Assembly: GCA_903911145.1 (NCBI GenBank)
Contig: CAIWCD010000002.1
Coordinates: 1-64,000 of the forward strand
Source of the DNA: an uncultured delta proteobacterium
GTDB taxonomy: Bacteria; Myxococcota; Myxococcia; Myxococcales; 40CM-4-68-19
DNA length: 64,000 bases
Direction: 5' to 3'
Shown piece by piece: positions 28,765 through 40,147 of this stretch; position 1 is the stretch's first letter, and every line of letters starts with the position of its first letter. The notes beneath the pieces are model-generated. The model was not told the DNA's origin. It worked only from the letters and a program-made list of their open reading frames with translations, and did not search any database. The translations under genes were made by a program, and so were the position numbers.

Positions 28765-28912
28765 GGGCAGCTTGACCAACTCACGGCGCGCACGAGGGGG
28801 AGAGCAGGCGCGTGGGCGAGATCGTAGCATCGTCACCCGACGCCCGCACAGGAAGCGCCGATGCTACTGTCCGCGGCGCAACCCCGCTCGCTTCTCCCGA
28901 GGGATCGCTCTG

Positions 28913-30028
28913 ATGGACACGATGGAACAGCTGGCCGCACGGCTGGTGATCGCCGGAATTCGCGGGCCGATCGCGACGGACGATGAGCTCGATCTGGTTC
29001 GCCGCGGCATCGGCGGGGTGATCCTCTTCTCGCGCAACGTGCAGGATCCAGCGCAGGTGGCGACGCTCGCCCGGCAGCTCAAGAGCGCAGCGCCCGGGCC
29101 TCTGATGATCTCGATCGATCAGGAGGGAGGCCGCGTGCAGCGATTGCGGCCGCCGCACTGGACTGCGCTGCCGACGATGCGACGCCTCGGCGAGCTCGAC
29201 GATGTCGCGATCGCGGCTCGACTCGGGACGCTGATGGCGCAGGAGCTGACAGCTTGCGGGATCGACCAGGACTTCGCGCCCGTCGTCGACGTCAACACCA
29301 ACGCGGCCAATCCGGTGATCGGAAACCGCGCGTTCAGCAGCGATCCGCAGCAAGTGGCGAAACTCGGCGTCGCGCTCGCGACCGCGCTGGAGAAGGCCGG
29401 GATCGCTTCCTGTGCCAAGCACTATCCCGGCCACGGCGACACCTCGCAGGACTCGCACCACACGCTGCCGCGCCTCTCGCACGATCTTGCGCGACTGCGA
29501 TCGTGTGAGCTCATTCCCTTCTTTGCCGCGGCGCGGGCGGGCGTCGCGTCTCTGATGACCGCGCACGTCGTCTTCGAGGAGCTCGACGAGAAGCCCGCGA
29601 CTCTCTCTTCACGCGTGATGCGGATCCTGCGTGAGGAGATTGGCTACGCAGGCTGCGTCATCTCCGACGATCTCGAGATGGCCGCGATCGCAAAGGGAGT
29701 GGGCGTGCGCGAGGGCGCGGCGCTCTCGGTGATGGCGGGCTGCGACGCCGTGCTCGTCTGCCACTCGCTCAAGCTGCAGCACGAAGCGATCGACGCGATC
29801 GCCAATGCGGCCCGCTCGGGCCCGATGCCGTACGCGCGCTTGCAGGAGGCGGCAGCGCGCGTCGCCGTGCTGCAGAAATTTGCGAAGCCCGCGAGCGCGA
29901 TCGAGCCGGCCAGAGCAGCGGCAGCGTGCGCCACCAGCGAGTCGCGCGCGTTCGTCGAGAGCCTCGCCGCGCAGGCGAAGGATGCCTCGCTCAATGCCGC
30001 GATCGATCCGACGGAGAAGCGCGCGTGA
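28913..30028 (+). CDS. nagZ: Beta-N-acetylhexosaminidase (GH3)
   Basis: IDQEGGRVQRL, KHYPGHGDTSQDSH, ISDDLEM. Confidence 0.93.
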   Translation: MDTMEQLAARLVIAGIRGPIATDDELDLVRRGIGGVILFSRNVQDPAQVATLARQLKSAAPGPLMISIDQEGGRVQRLRPPHWTALPTMRRLGELDDVAIAARLGTLMAQELTACGIDQDFAPVVDVNTNAANPVIGNRAFSSDPQQVAKLGVALATALEKAGIASCAKHYPGHGDTSQDSHHTLPRLSHDLARLRSCELIPFFAAARAGVASLMTAHVVFEELDEKPATLSSRVMRILREEIGYAGCVISDDLEMAAIAKGVGVREGAALSVMAGCDAVLVCHSLKLQHEAIDAIANAARSGPMPYARLQEAAARVAVLQKFAKPASAIEPARAAAACATSESRAFVESLAAQAKDASLNAAIDPTEKRA

Positions 30029-30714
30029 CCCGACTCCTCGCTGGATGCATGCGCGCAGTCGCGGGCAGCTTGCTTCTCTTTGCCGCTCTGCCCGCGCAGG
30101 CCCGCAGGGCAGAACACGCCTCGCGCCGCGCGAAGAAGGACGATGCGAACGTCGATCCCGCGCACTGGTTCGCCACGCGCGAGGGCCTCCTGCGCGTCTA
30201 CCAGGCGCACGCGTCAGACAAGAGCGCCGCAGCGTCCGACGACGGCAAGAGCGCGCCCGCGGCCGGCGCGAGCTGCGAGGTGATCGAGAGCTCGCCGAAG
30301 GATGGCGACGCCGAGGCGCGCACCAAAGAGAGCTGCACGATGATCGCCGGGCGCATGCCCAAGGGCGGCACGCTCTTGACGTACGAGCTGCGCGCAAGCG
30401 GCATCTTTCTCATCGAGGCCAAGAGTGAGAAGGCCGCAGAGCCCGCGAAGATGGAGCACCTGCTGCTCCCCTCGCCGATGCACAAGGGGACGAGCTGGAG
30501 CGAGAAGCGCGGCCCGCTGACCGTGACTCGCACGGTGAAGAGCGCTGGCAAGGCCTGCACCGCGGCCGATCGCAAGTTCGGCGACTGCCTCGTCCTCGCG
30601 GTGGTCGAGCACGAAGGGAAGAAGACGCGGCGCAAGTACAGCGAGGTCTATGCCGCGGGCGTCGGGCTGGTCGAAGACGCGCAGTGGGAGCTGATCGACG
30701 TGAAGGGGCTGTAG
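30025..30714 (+). CDS. Hypothetical secreted protein
   Basis: GTGA overlap with the nagZ stop; signal-like N-terminus; C-terminal YAAGVGLV. Confidence 0.7.
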   Translation: MTRLLAGCMRAVAGSLLLFAALPAQARRAEHASRRAKKDDANVDPAHWFATREGLLRVYQAHASDKSAAASDDGKSAPAAGASCEVIESSPKDGDAEARTKESCTMIAGRMPKGGTLLTYELRASGIFLIEAKSEKAAEPAKMEHLLLPSPMHKGTSWSEKRGPLTVTRTVKSAGKACTAADRKFGDCLVLAVVEHEGKKTRRKYSEVYAAGVGLVEDAQWELIDVKGL

Positions 30715-30877
30715 TCGTCGAGGGGCGGGCAGCGGCCGCGTCGCCATAAAGAAGCTTTCAGACGATCCCGCAAGATCGTTGCAGTCGCGTGGCGTACGCA
30801 CTCTCTGATCGCATGTCTGCCCGAGGAGAGGTTCGCTTCTGGCCTGCTTGGCCCGCGAGTTGCGGAAGCGCTTGCGC

Positions 30878-33800
30878 GTGACCGAACCGACGCTCCCGAC
30901 TCAAACTCCGGCCATCCAGCGTCTCACCACCGCCGTGCTCAACACGCGCGCGCTCATCATCGCGGTCGTGCTCGGCCTGGTGGCGCTCGGCTTCCACTCC
31001 TTCTCGGTGCTCGACATCGAGGCCTATCCGAATCCCGTCGCGCCGATGATCGAGATCATCACGCAGCCGACCGGAATGAGCGCAGAGGAGGTCGAGCGCT
31101 ACGTCACGCTGCCGCTCGAGACCGCGCTCGCGGGCATGCCCGATCTGCTCCACATCCGGTCGCAGTCGCTCTTCGGCCTCTCGGACGTGAAGTGCTACTT
31201 CAGCTGGAATCCGAGCTACGCCGACGCGCAGCAGCGCGTGATCAACCGGCTCCAGTTCGTCACCCTGCCCCAAGGGCTTTCGCCGCAGCTGTCTCCCTGG
31301 AACGCGGTCGGCGAGATCTATCGCTACACGCTGCGCGGCCCCGGCCACTCGCTCGCGGAGCTCAAGTCGGCGCAGGATTTCATTCTCGAGCGGCAGTTCA
31401 AGCAGGTGCCCGGCGTCATCGATGTCACCTCGTTCGGCGGCCTCTCGCGCGAGCTGCACGTCGAGGTGGATCCCTACAAGCTGCGCGGCCACGGGCTGAC
31501 GCTTTCGCAGCTCACCGGCGCGGTCGCGAACGCGAATCAGAACGTGGGCGGGCAGCGTCTCGAGCTTGGCGCGCAGTCCTACGACGTGCGCGGTGTCGGG
31601 CTGTTTTCCTCTCTGAGCGACATCGAGAAGGTGGTGATCGCCGCGCCCAAGGGCGTTCCGGTGAGCGTCCACGATGTCGCCGAAGTCACCGACGCCGCCG
31701 CGCCGCGCCTGGGCATCGTCGGCAAGGATCTCGAGTCGGATGTCGTCGAGGGGATCGTGCTGATGCGCTACGGCGGCAACGCGCTCTCGACGCTCGCCGG
31801 CGTGCACGAGCGGGTCGAGAACATCCGCAAGTTCCACCTGCTCCCGCCGGGCATGACCATCGAGCCCTATTACGATCGGGGAAATCTCACCAAGCTGACG
31901 ACCGACACGGTGCTGGAGAATCTGCTGCTGGGGATGCTGCTGGTGGGCCTTGTGCTCTGGCTCTTCCTCGGAGATGCGCGCGCGGCGCTGGTGGCGGCGA
32001 TCAACATCCCGCTCGCGCTGCTCTGCTCGTTCAGCGGAATGGTCTTCACGCAGACGCCTGCCAATCTCATCTCTCTGGGCGCGGTCGACTTCGGCATCAT
32101 CGTCGAGTCGACCGTGATCGTCGTCGAGAACATCCACCGTCACCTCGGCGACACGCACCTCACGATCGAGCAGCGGATCGTCCGCGCAGTCGGCGAGATT
32201 GGCACGCCGATGATCACCTCGACGCTCGTGATCGTCGTCGCCTTCCTGCCGCTCTTCACCATGACCGGCGTCGCGGGAGTCATCTTCTCGCCGCTCGCGC
32301 GCACGTATGCCTTCTCGATCGGCGGCGCGGTCGTACTCGCGATGACGCTGACTCCCGTGCTCGCCGCGATGGTGCTGCGCCCTCATGTTGCGGCCGTGAG
32401 CGAGGTCGGCGGCTCGGGGGTTCTCTCGGCCGTCTTCGGGCGCGTGGCCAGCGGCGAGGAGCGCGCGGCAACCCTCCTGCGCGAGGCGCACGGGCAGCAG
32501 GACCAGCCCGAAGAAGAGCATGGCGCGATGCTGCTGTTGCGGCGGATCTACGACCCGCTCTTCCGCTTCGGCGTGGCACGTCCCTGGACCGCGGTGATGC
32601 TCGCGGCCGCGCCAGTCCTGCTCGCGATCGCACTCCTGCCCGCGCTCGGCGGTGAGTTCATGCCGAAGCTCGAGGAGGGAAATTTCTGGATCCGCGCCAC
32701 TCTGCCGATGAGCGTCTCGCTGACCGAATCGTCGAAGTTCGTCGGACGGATGCGCAGAATCCTGCTTGGCTGCCCGCCCGACGAGCAGACCGCCTGCACG
32801 CAGCGGACGCGGCCCGAGATCACCACCGTGGTCTCGCAACTCGGAAGGCCCGACGACGGCACTGATCCGTCCGGCTTCTACAACATCGAGCTGTTCGCGC
32901 CGCTCAAGCCGACCAACGAGTGGCGCAAAGGAGTCACGAAGGAGTCGCTCACCGAGGAGCTGAGCAAGGAGCTCCAGGAATCGTTCCCCGGCTTCGACTT
33001 CAACTTCTCGCAGTACATCGCCGACAACGTCGAGGAGGCGATGAGCGGCGTGAAGGGCGAGAACACGGTCAAGGTCTCGGGGCCGGATCTGCACGTGAAC
33101 GAAGCGAAGGCGCGCGAGATCGTCGCGGTGCTGCAGGGGGTGAAGGGGATCGAGGACCTCGGTCTCTATGAATCGCTCGGGCAGCCTGACGTGAAGATCA
33201 CGCCCGATCGGACGCTCTGCCAGCGCTACGGCCTCAACGTCGGCGATGTCGCGTCGGTGATCCAGGCCGCGATCGGCGGCCTCTCGGTGACGCAGTTCTA
33301 TCAAGGCGAGATGCACTTCGACGTCGTCGTGCGCTGGCAGGAGCAGTACCGCAAGGACCTGCGCTCGCTACGCGAGGTGCTCGTCGCCGCTCCCGATGGC
33401 TCGCAGATCCCGCTCGGACAGCTCGCGAAAGTCGAGACCGTCGAGGGTCCGGCGCGCATCTGGCGGGAGGACGCGGGTCGCTATGCGCCGGTGAAGTTCT
33501 CGGTGCGCGGGCGCGATCTCGCCTCGACGATCGACGAGGCGAAGGAGAAGATCGCCGCCAAGGTCTACCTCCCCTACGACACGCATCTCGAGTGGGGCGG
33601 GGAGATCAACGAGCTGCACGACGCGAAGACGCGGCTGCTCTTCGTCATCCCCATCACGCTCATCCTGATCGGCTTTCTCGTCTATTCGGCGGTGCGCAGT
33701 TGGCGCGCGACCGTGGTGGTGCTGACAGGGATCCCGGTTGCATGCGTCGGCGGAGTCTTCGCGCTGTTGCTCACGGGAACGCCGCTCTCCGTCTCGACCG

Positions 33801-34150
33801 CGATGGGCTTCGTCTCAATCTTCGGCATCGCAGTGCAGGACGCGCTGCTGGTCGTGACGGCCGCCCAGCGCCTCTGGAAAGAGGGGCATCCGCTCGCCGA
33901 AGGTGCGCGCCTCGCGGCCGCGCGCGGGCTGCGTCCCGTGTTGATGACGGCCTCGGTGGCGTTGATCGGACTGCTGCCGGCGGCGCTCTCGCACGGTATC
34001 GGCAGCGAGACGCAGCGGCCGCTCGCACTCGTGGTGATCGGCGGCGCGCTCGCTCTCTCTGTCTTGCCGCGCCTGCTGCAGCCGGCGCTGCTGATCATCG
34101 CGCATCGCAAAGAGGAGCAGCAGCGGCAGGCCACGATCGCTTCAAGATGA
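30878..34150 (+). CDS. Heavy-metal efflux RND permease (CusA/CzcA family); start approximate
   Basis: IEAYP, AEEVERYVTLPLE, LGAVDFGIIV, GGEFMPKLEEG, LRPVLMTA, GSETQRPLA. Confidence 0.92.
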   Translation: MTEPTLPTQTPAIQRLTTAVLNTRALIIAVVLGLVALGFHSFSVLDIEAYPNPVAPMIEIITQPTGMSAEEVERYVTLPLETALAGMPDLLHIRSQSLFGLSDVKCYFSWNPSYADAQQRVINRLQFVTLPQGLSPQLSPWNAVGEIYRYTLRGPGHSLAELKSAQDFILERQFKQVPGVIDVTSFGGLSRELHVEVDPYKLRGHGLTLSQLTGAVANANQNVGGQRLELGAQSYDVRGVGLFSSLSDIEKVVIAAPKGVPVSVHDVAEVTDAAAPRLGIVGKDLESDVVEGIVLMRYGGNALSTLAGVHERVENIRKFHLLPPGMTIEPYYDRGNLTKLTTDTVLENLLLGMLLVGLVLWLFLGDARAALVAAINIPLALLCSFSGMVFTQTPANLISLGAVDFGIIVESTVIVVENIHRHLGDTHLTIEQRIVRAVGEIGTPMITSTLVIVVAFLPLFTMTGVAGVIFSPLARTYAFSIGGAVVLAMTLTPVLAAMVLRPHVAAVSEVGGSGVLSAVFGRVASGEERAATLLREAHGQQDQPEEEHGAMLLLRRIYDPLFRFGVARPWTAVMLAAAPVLLAIALLPALGGEFMPKLEEGNFWIRATLPMSVSLTESSKFVGRMRRILLGCPPDEQTACTQRTRPEITTVVSQLGRPDDGTDPSGFYNIELFAPLKPTNEWRKGVTKESLTEELSKELQESFPGFDFNFSQYIADNVEEAMSGVKGENTVKVSGPDLHVNEAKAREIVAVLQGVKGIEDLGLYESLGQPDVKITPDRTLCQRYGLNVGDVASVIQAAIGGLSVTQFYQGEMHFDVVVRWQEQYRKDLRSLREVLVAAPDGSQIPLGQLAKVETVEGPARIWREDAGRYAPVKFSVRGRDLASTIDEAKEKIAAKVYLPYDTHLEWGGEINELHDAKTRLLFVIPITLILIGFLVYSAVRSWRATVVVLTGIPVACVGGVFALLLTGTPLSVSTAMGFVSIFGIAVQDALLVVTAAQRLWKEGHPLAEGARLAAARGLRPVLMTASVALIGLLPAALSHGIGSETQRPLALVVIGGALALSVLPRLLQPALLIIAHRKEEQQRQATIASR

Positions 34151-34157
34151 AGCCGGT

Positions 34158-36446
34158 CTAGCGGCGGGTCAGCGCGCCCTCGCCGAGCAGCGCGAGCACG
34201 CAGAGCAAGAGCAGCGCGGGCCAGAGCGCCGTCCCGCCATTTCCCTGCGCGGAGAGCGACGACGACGCCACCTGCGCGCTGCTCGCACCACCCAGCAACG
34301 CCTTGAGTTCCGCCTCATCGACGCGGCGCAGATCGCTCTCCTTCGCATCGAGCCCGGCCGCGAACGCGAGCGATGGATCGTCTCGCGCCTCGCCCGCAGA
34401 ATTCGTCGAGGCGCCCATCGGCGCGGTCTGCACGCGATAGACACCCGGCAGCGCAACGGCCACCACGAAGGCGTCGCGCTGTCCCTGCGTCTCTGCACCC
34501 GAATCGCTCCCGACCTTGCCAGGAGCGGTCTTGCTGCTCGTCGCGAAACCGTTCGCGGCCTCCTTCGCTGAGTTGGTCGAGAGCTCCCGAGAGAGCGCGA
34601 GCGGCCTGTTGTCGGGCCCGAGCACCTGAACGATGCGCGAGCCGCGCGCTGCCGAGATCACGCGCTGGTCACCGACCTGCGATGCCGTGCTCACGCGCTC
34701 CTCGAGTGCGCCTGCGAGATGACTGACCGCCTGCTGCACGACGGGCAGAAAGCTCGGATGCAGCGGCCAATCGTTCCACGACGCGCTCGCGCTCGAGGTG
34801 AAGAGGAGCACGCGGCCTGCGCCGAGCTGCGACTCGATCAGCGCAGGCGCGCCGTCGTCGAACGAGGCGAGGATGCGCACGCTCTGCTTCCCGTCCGCCG
34901 CGAGCAGCGCGTAGCGATTGACGTGCACGCTCTCGAGCGCCTCGCGCTCTGTCGGTCCGAAGACGCGGAAGATCGGATGCTGCCAATCGATCGATGCGAA
35001 GCGGGCCGGCGGTGGCAAGCCCCCCTGCCCATCCGATGCATCCGGATCGCGCGCGGTCTTGAGGAGATGGAGCGGGCGCGGCAACAGCGACGCGAGCGAC
35101 TCGTTGAGCGCGTCAGGATCGGTGTGATCGCCGAGCGCGATGAAGAGCCCTCCGCCCTTTTGGACAAACGCGCGCAACCGCTCTGAGAGCGGCTTTGAGG
35201 GCACTTGCGGGTTGAGCAGCAGCACCACATCGACACCGTCGAGCGGGTGATTTTCCGCAGCATCCTGATCGAGCGTCTGCGCGGTGATGCGTCCCGCGGT
35301 GCGTGCGGGATTCAGCGCGGCCTCGACAAACCAGGCCTCGTCGCGCTCGCGCAGAGAGGCGGGCGCACCATCGATGATCAGCGCCTTGAGGTCGCGTGGG
35401 ACCTGGATGGCAAACGCGCGCGCGTCGTCCTCGTCGAGACCGGGACCATCTGCATGCGCGAGCACGACCTCGCCCGCCGCGAGGCCCGCGGGGAGCACCG
35501 CGCCGAGCAGCTTCTTGCCCGTCTCGTGCGCGGGCAGATCGACGAATCCCTTCGCCAGCGCGTGCCCATCGACGCGCAGTTCCACCTCGACGTTCGCGAG
35601 AGGATGCGCGCTGAAATTTCCGATCGTCGCGGCGACCTCGTATCCGCGCGGGCCCAGGCGGGGCGCGGCCGCGGCGCTCACGGAGAGGATCGCGACGTTG
35701 GGCAACTCGGCCCCTTCCGCGGCGTCGACAAGGACGATCTCCGGTCGGATCGGCGCGGCCTGCCCGCTCGCGCTCGGCGGCGCGGGGGTGAGCGGCGGCG
35801 GCGCATCGAGCCTGAATGCGTGCGCAGACATATCCGTGAAGGCGAATATTCGCTTACCCGAAACCATGCTTTCACCCAGTGTGTGGGCAGCGGCGTCGAG
35901 GCACGCCGTCATGTCGGACGCGACCTCGCTCGGCTGCGCGGTCGTGAGGATTCGCCGGACCGCTGCGCGATCGAACGAGGGAGCCGCGAGGCCTCCTTCG
36001 CCGAATCCCGCGGGACCTGCGCAGAGGCCCGCCGTCGCCGGCTCCTCGGGAGTGAGCCGCTCGAGCGCCGCCAGAGCCTCCGCGCGCGATTTCTCGAAGA
36101 GCGTCTTGCCGCCCATCCGGTAGCGCATCGAGAGCGACGCATCGAGCACCAGCGCGGTGGCGTGCGGACCACTCGCTGCCTGTGCGGACTCGGTGCGCGG
36201 GACGAGACTCGGGCGCGCGAGCGCGAGCGCGAGTGCAGCGATGAGAAGACAGCGCAGCGCGAGCAGCAGCAACTGGCGCAGCCGGAGATTGCGCCGCTTC
36301 TGCTTCTGCGAGCGCAGCACCAGCTCGATCGCGCCAAAGGGGAGCGGGCGCGGGCGGCGGCGCGAGAAGAGGTGGATCGCGAGCGGCAAGGCCACCGCGA
36401 GCGCGCCCCAGAGGTAGGCGGGATTGGCGAACGAAAGCGCGCCCAC
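34158..36446 (-). CDS. BatA-domain / vWA membrane-anchored protein
   Basis: F.NP..LWG...LPLAIHL N-terminus, MIDAS VLDASLSM, FTD, C-terminal TM helix. Confidence 0.85.
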   Translation of the reverse strand: MGALSFANPAYLWGALAVALPLAIHLFSRRRPRPLPFGAIELVLRSQKQKRRNLRLRQLLLLALRCLLIAALALALARPSLVPRTESAQAASGPHATALVLDASLSMRYRMGGKTLFEKSRAEALAALERLTPEEPATAGLCAGPAGFGEGGLAAPSFDRAAVRRILTTAQPSEVASDMTACLDAAAHTLGESMVSGKRIFAFTDMSAHAFRLDAPPPLTPAPPSASGQAAPIRPEIVLVDAAEGAELPNVAILSVSAAAAPRLGPRGYEVAATIGNFSAHPLANVEVELRVDGHALAKGFVDLPAHETGKKLLGAVLPAGLAAGEVVLAHADGPGLDEDDARAFAIQVPRDLKALIIDGAPASLRERDEAWFVEAALNPARTAGRITAQTLDQDAAENHPLDGVDVVLLLNPQVPSKPLSERLRAFVQKGGGLFIALGDHTDPDALNESLASLLPRPLHLLKTARDPDASDGQGGLPPPARFASIDWQHPIFRVFGPTEREALESVHVNRYALLAADGKQSVRILASFDDGAPALIESQLGAGRVLLFTSSASASWNDWPLHPSFLPVVQQAVSHLAGALEERVSTASQVGDQRVISAARGSRIVQVLGPDNRPLALSRELSTNSAKEAANGFATSSKTAPGKVGSDSGAETQGQRDAFVVAVALPGVYRVQTAPMGASTNSAGEARDDPSLAFAAGLDAKESDLRRVDEAELKALLGGASSAQVASSSLSAQGNGGTALWPALLLLCVLALLGEGALTRR

Positions 36447-36447
36447 G

Positions 36448-37377
<930 letters not shown>

Positions 37378-37382
37378 TTACT

Positions 37383-38431
<1,049 letters not shown>

Positions 38432-38435
<4 letters not shown>

Positions 38436-40147
38436 CGTGCGTCCTTGCTTTCTCTGCTGCTCGCGTCGCTCGAAGAAGGGGGCGCACTCTGCCCCGAAGG
38501 GTTGCGCCCGTACAGAACGGCGAGGGCGTTGGCCTCGCGCGTATGCACCGGCTCGTCGTGAAGCGCTTCGGCCGCGTCGGCCCAGAATTTGTGGACGCGC
38601 GGATCGAACGGATCGATCTCGACCGCTGCCTGGATGGGCGCGAGCGCATCCTGCGGCCGATTGGCGAGCAGCAGCGCATTGGCGAGCAGCAGCTGCGCGC
38701 CCGAATCTTCCCGGTCGAGTTTGACCGCCGCTTGCAGAACGTCGATCGCTTCCGGACGGCGTTTCTCCTCGAGCAGCGAGAAGCCGAGGCGACGCAGGAG
38801 CCGCTCGTTCTCTTCGTGCAACTCGAGCATGCGCGTGCGGGCCTTGCCGTACTCGTCCGCCGCCGCCGACCAGCGACCGCGCGCGAAGAAGATGTCTCCG
38901 AGCCGCGAGCTCTTCTTCGCTGAGGAGTCCTTCACGTCGGGGGTCGCGCCTGCGTCGTCCTCCTTGCCACCCTTGCTCTTCGCGTCCTCGCGAAAGACCA
39001 GCTCGTGCTTGAGGTGGGGCTTGCCCGCGCCTACGTCGACTGGCGTCCGCGGCTTCGCGATGTCCGCGCGCCAGTCGGCCTCGAACTGCTCGAACGACTT
39101 GCCGTAGGCCTGCGCCACCGCGCGCTCGTCGGAGAATCCTGCGGCCATCGCCGAGACCAGCTCGCTGAGCGCCGTTTGGCCGCCGCGCTGGTAGAGCATC
39201 CGCATCGCCGCCTCGACCTCCGCGAACGCGAGCGCCGCGCGCTCTTGCGGATGCAGCTTGGCCATCGACGGATGCATCTCGGCGAACGTGACCAGCTCGT
39301 GCTTCTTCGCGGCCTGCACCAGCAACTGCGCGGCCTCGGGCTCGATCGACTTGCCCGGCTCACCGCGCCAGCGCGTCTCGAGAAATTTCGCCAGCCCCTC
39401 CTGCAGCCAGATGGGAACGGTGTTGCGCCCCTTGTGCGTGACGAGGAAATGGACGAACTCGTGCGACACGGTGTCGAGCCACGGATAGCCGCGCATCAAC
39501 GCGCGCGGGCTCGTGACCATGAGCCGGTTGTATTTGCACAGCGCGATGGTGCCCGAGCCCTTGATGTCCTCGACGGTGAGCGGCGAGACGCGCGCGAGCG
39601 CCTTGGCGCTGTCGTAGATCTCGATGCGGATTTTGAAGTCAGGCTGGTAGCCGAGATCGGCCGTGAGCGCGCTGTAGGCCTTCTCGAGCGCATCGATTGC
39701 ATAGGGCGCGAGGATGCGATCCTTCTCGGCCTTGGCGCGGAAGAGAAAGTGCGCGCTCTCGATCACCGGCGCACCGCGGACCTCTTCGCCGGCGTTCTTC
39801 GCCAACCGCAGATCCTCATCGATCGACGGGATGCCCACACCCTGCGCCTTCGCGCTCTCGAAGGCTTTCGCTGCGACGTCGTAATTCCCCTCTTCGAACG
39901 CGACCCGACCGCGCAGCCACTCGGTCTCCGGAGCCGCGTGCGCGCGCGCTTCAAGCTGCGTGAGCAGTGCGCGGGCGCCTGCGATGTCCCACGCGGAGAG
40001 CTGCTCATCGGCCTGCATGAGCAGCGCGTGCAGGGACGGCTCGGCGCGCACATTCGCTGAGGCGAATATCGCCAGCAGGAGCGCAAATCCGCGCCCAGCA
40101 AGGCCAAGCGCACGCAGGCCCGCGCGGTGAGATCCGCGCGCCGTCAC
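38432..40147 (-). CDS. TPR-containing clan MA zinc metallopeptidase-like protein, secreted
   Basis: HEFVH...PIWLQEGLA, TPR-like helices on both sides, signal peptide. Confidence 0.82.
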
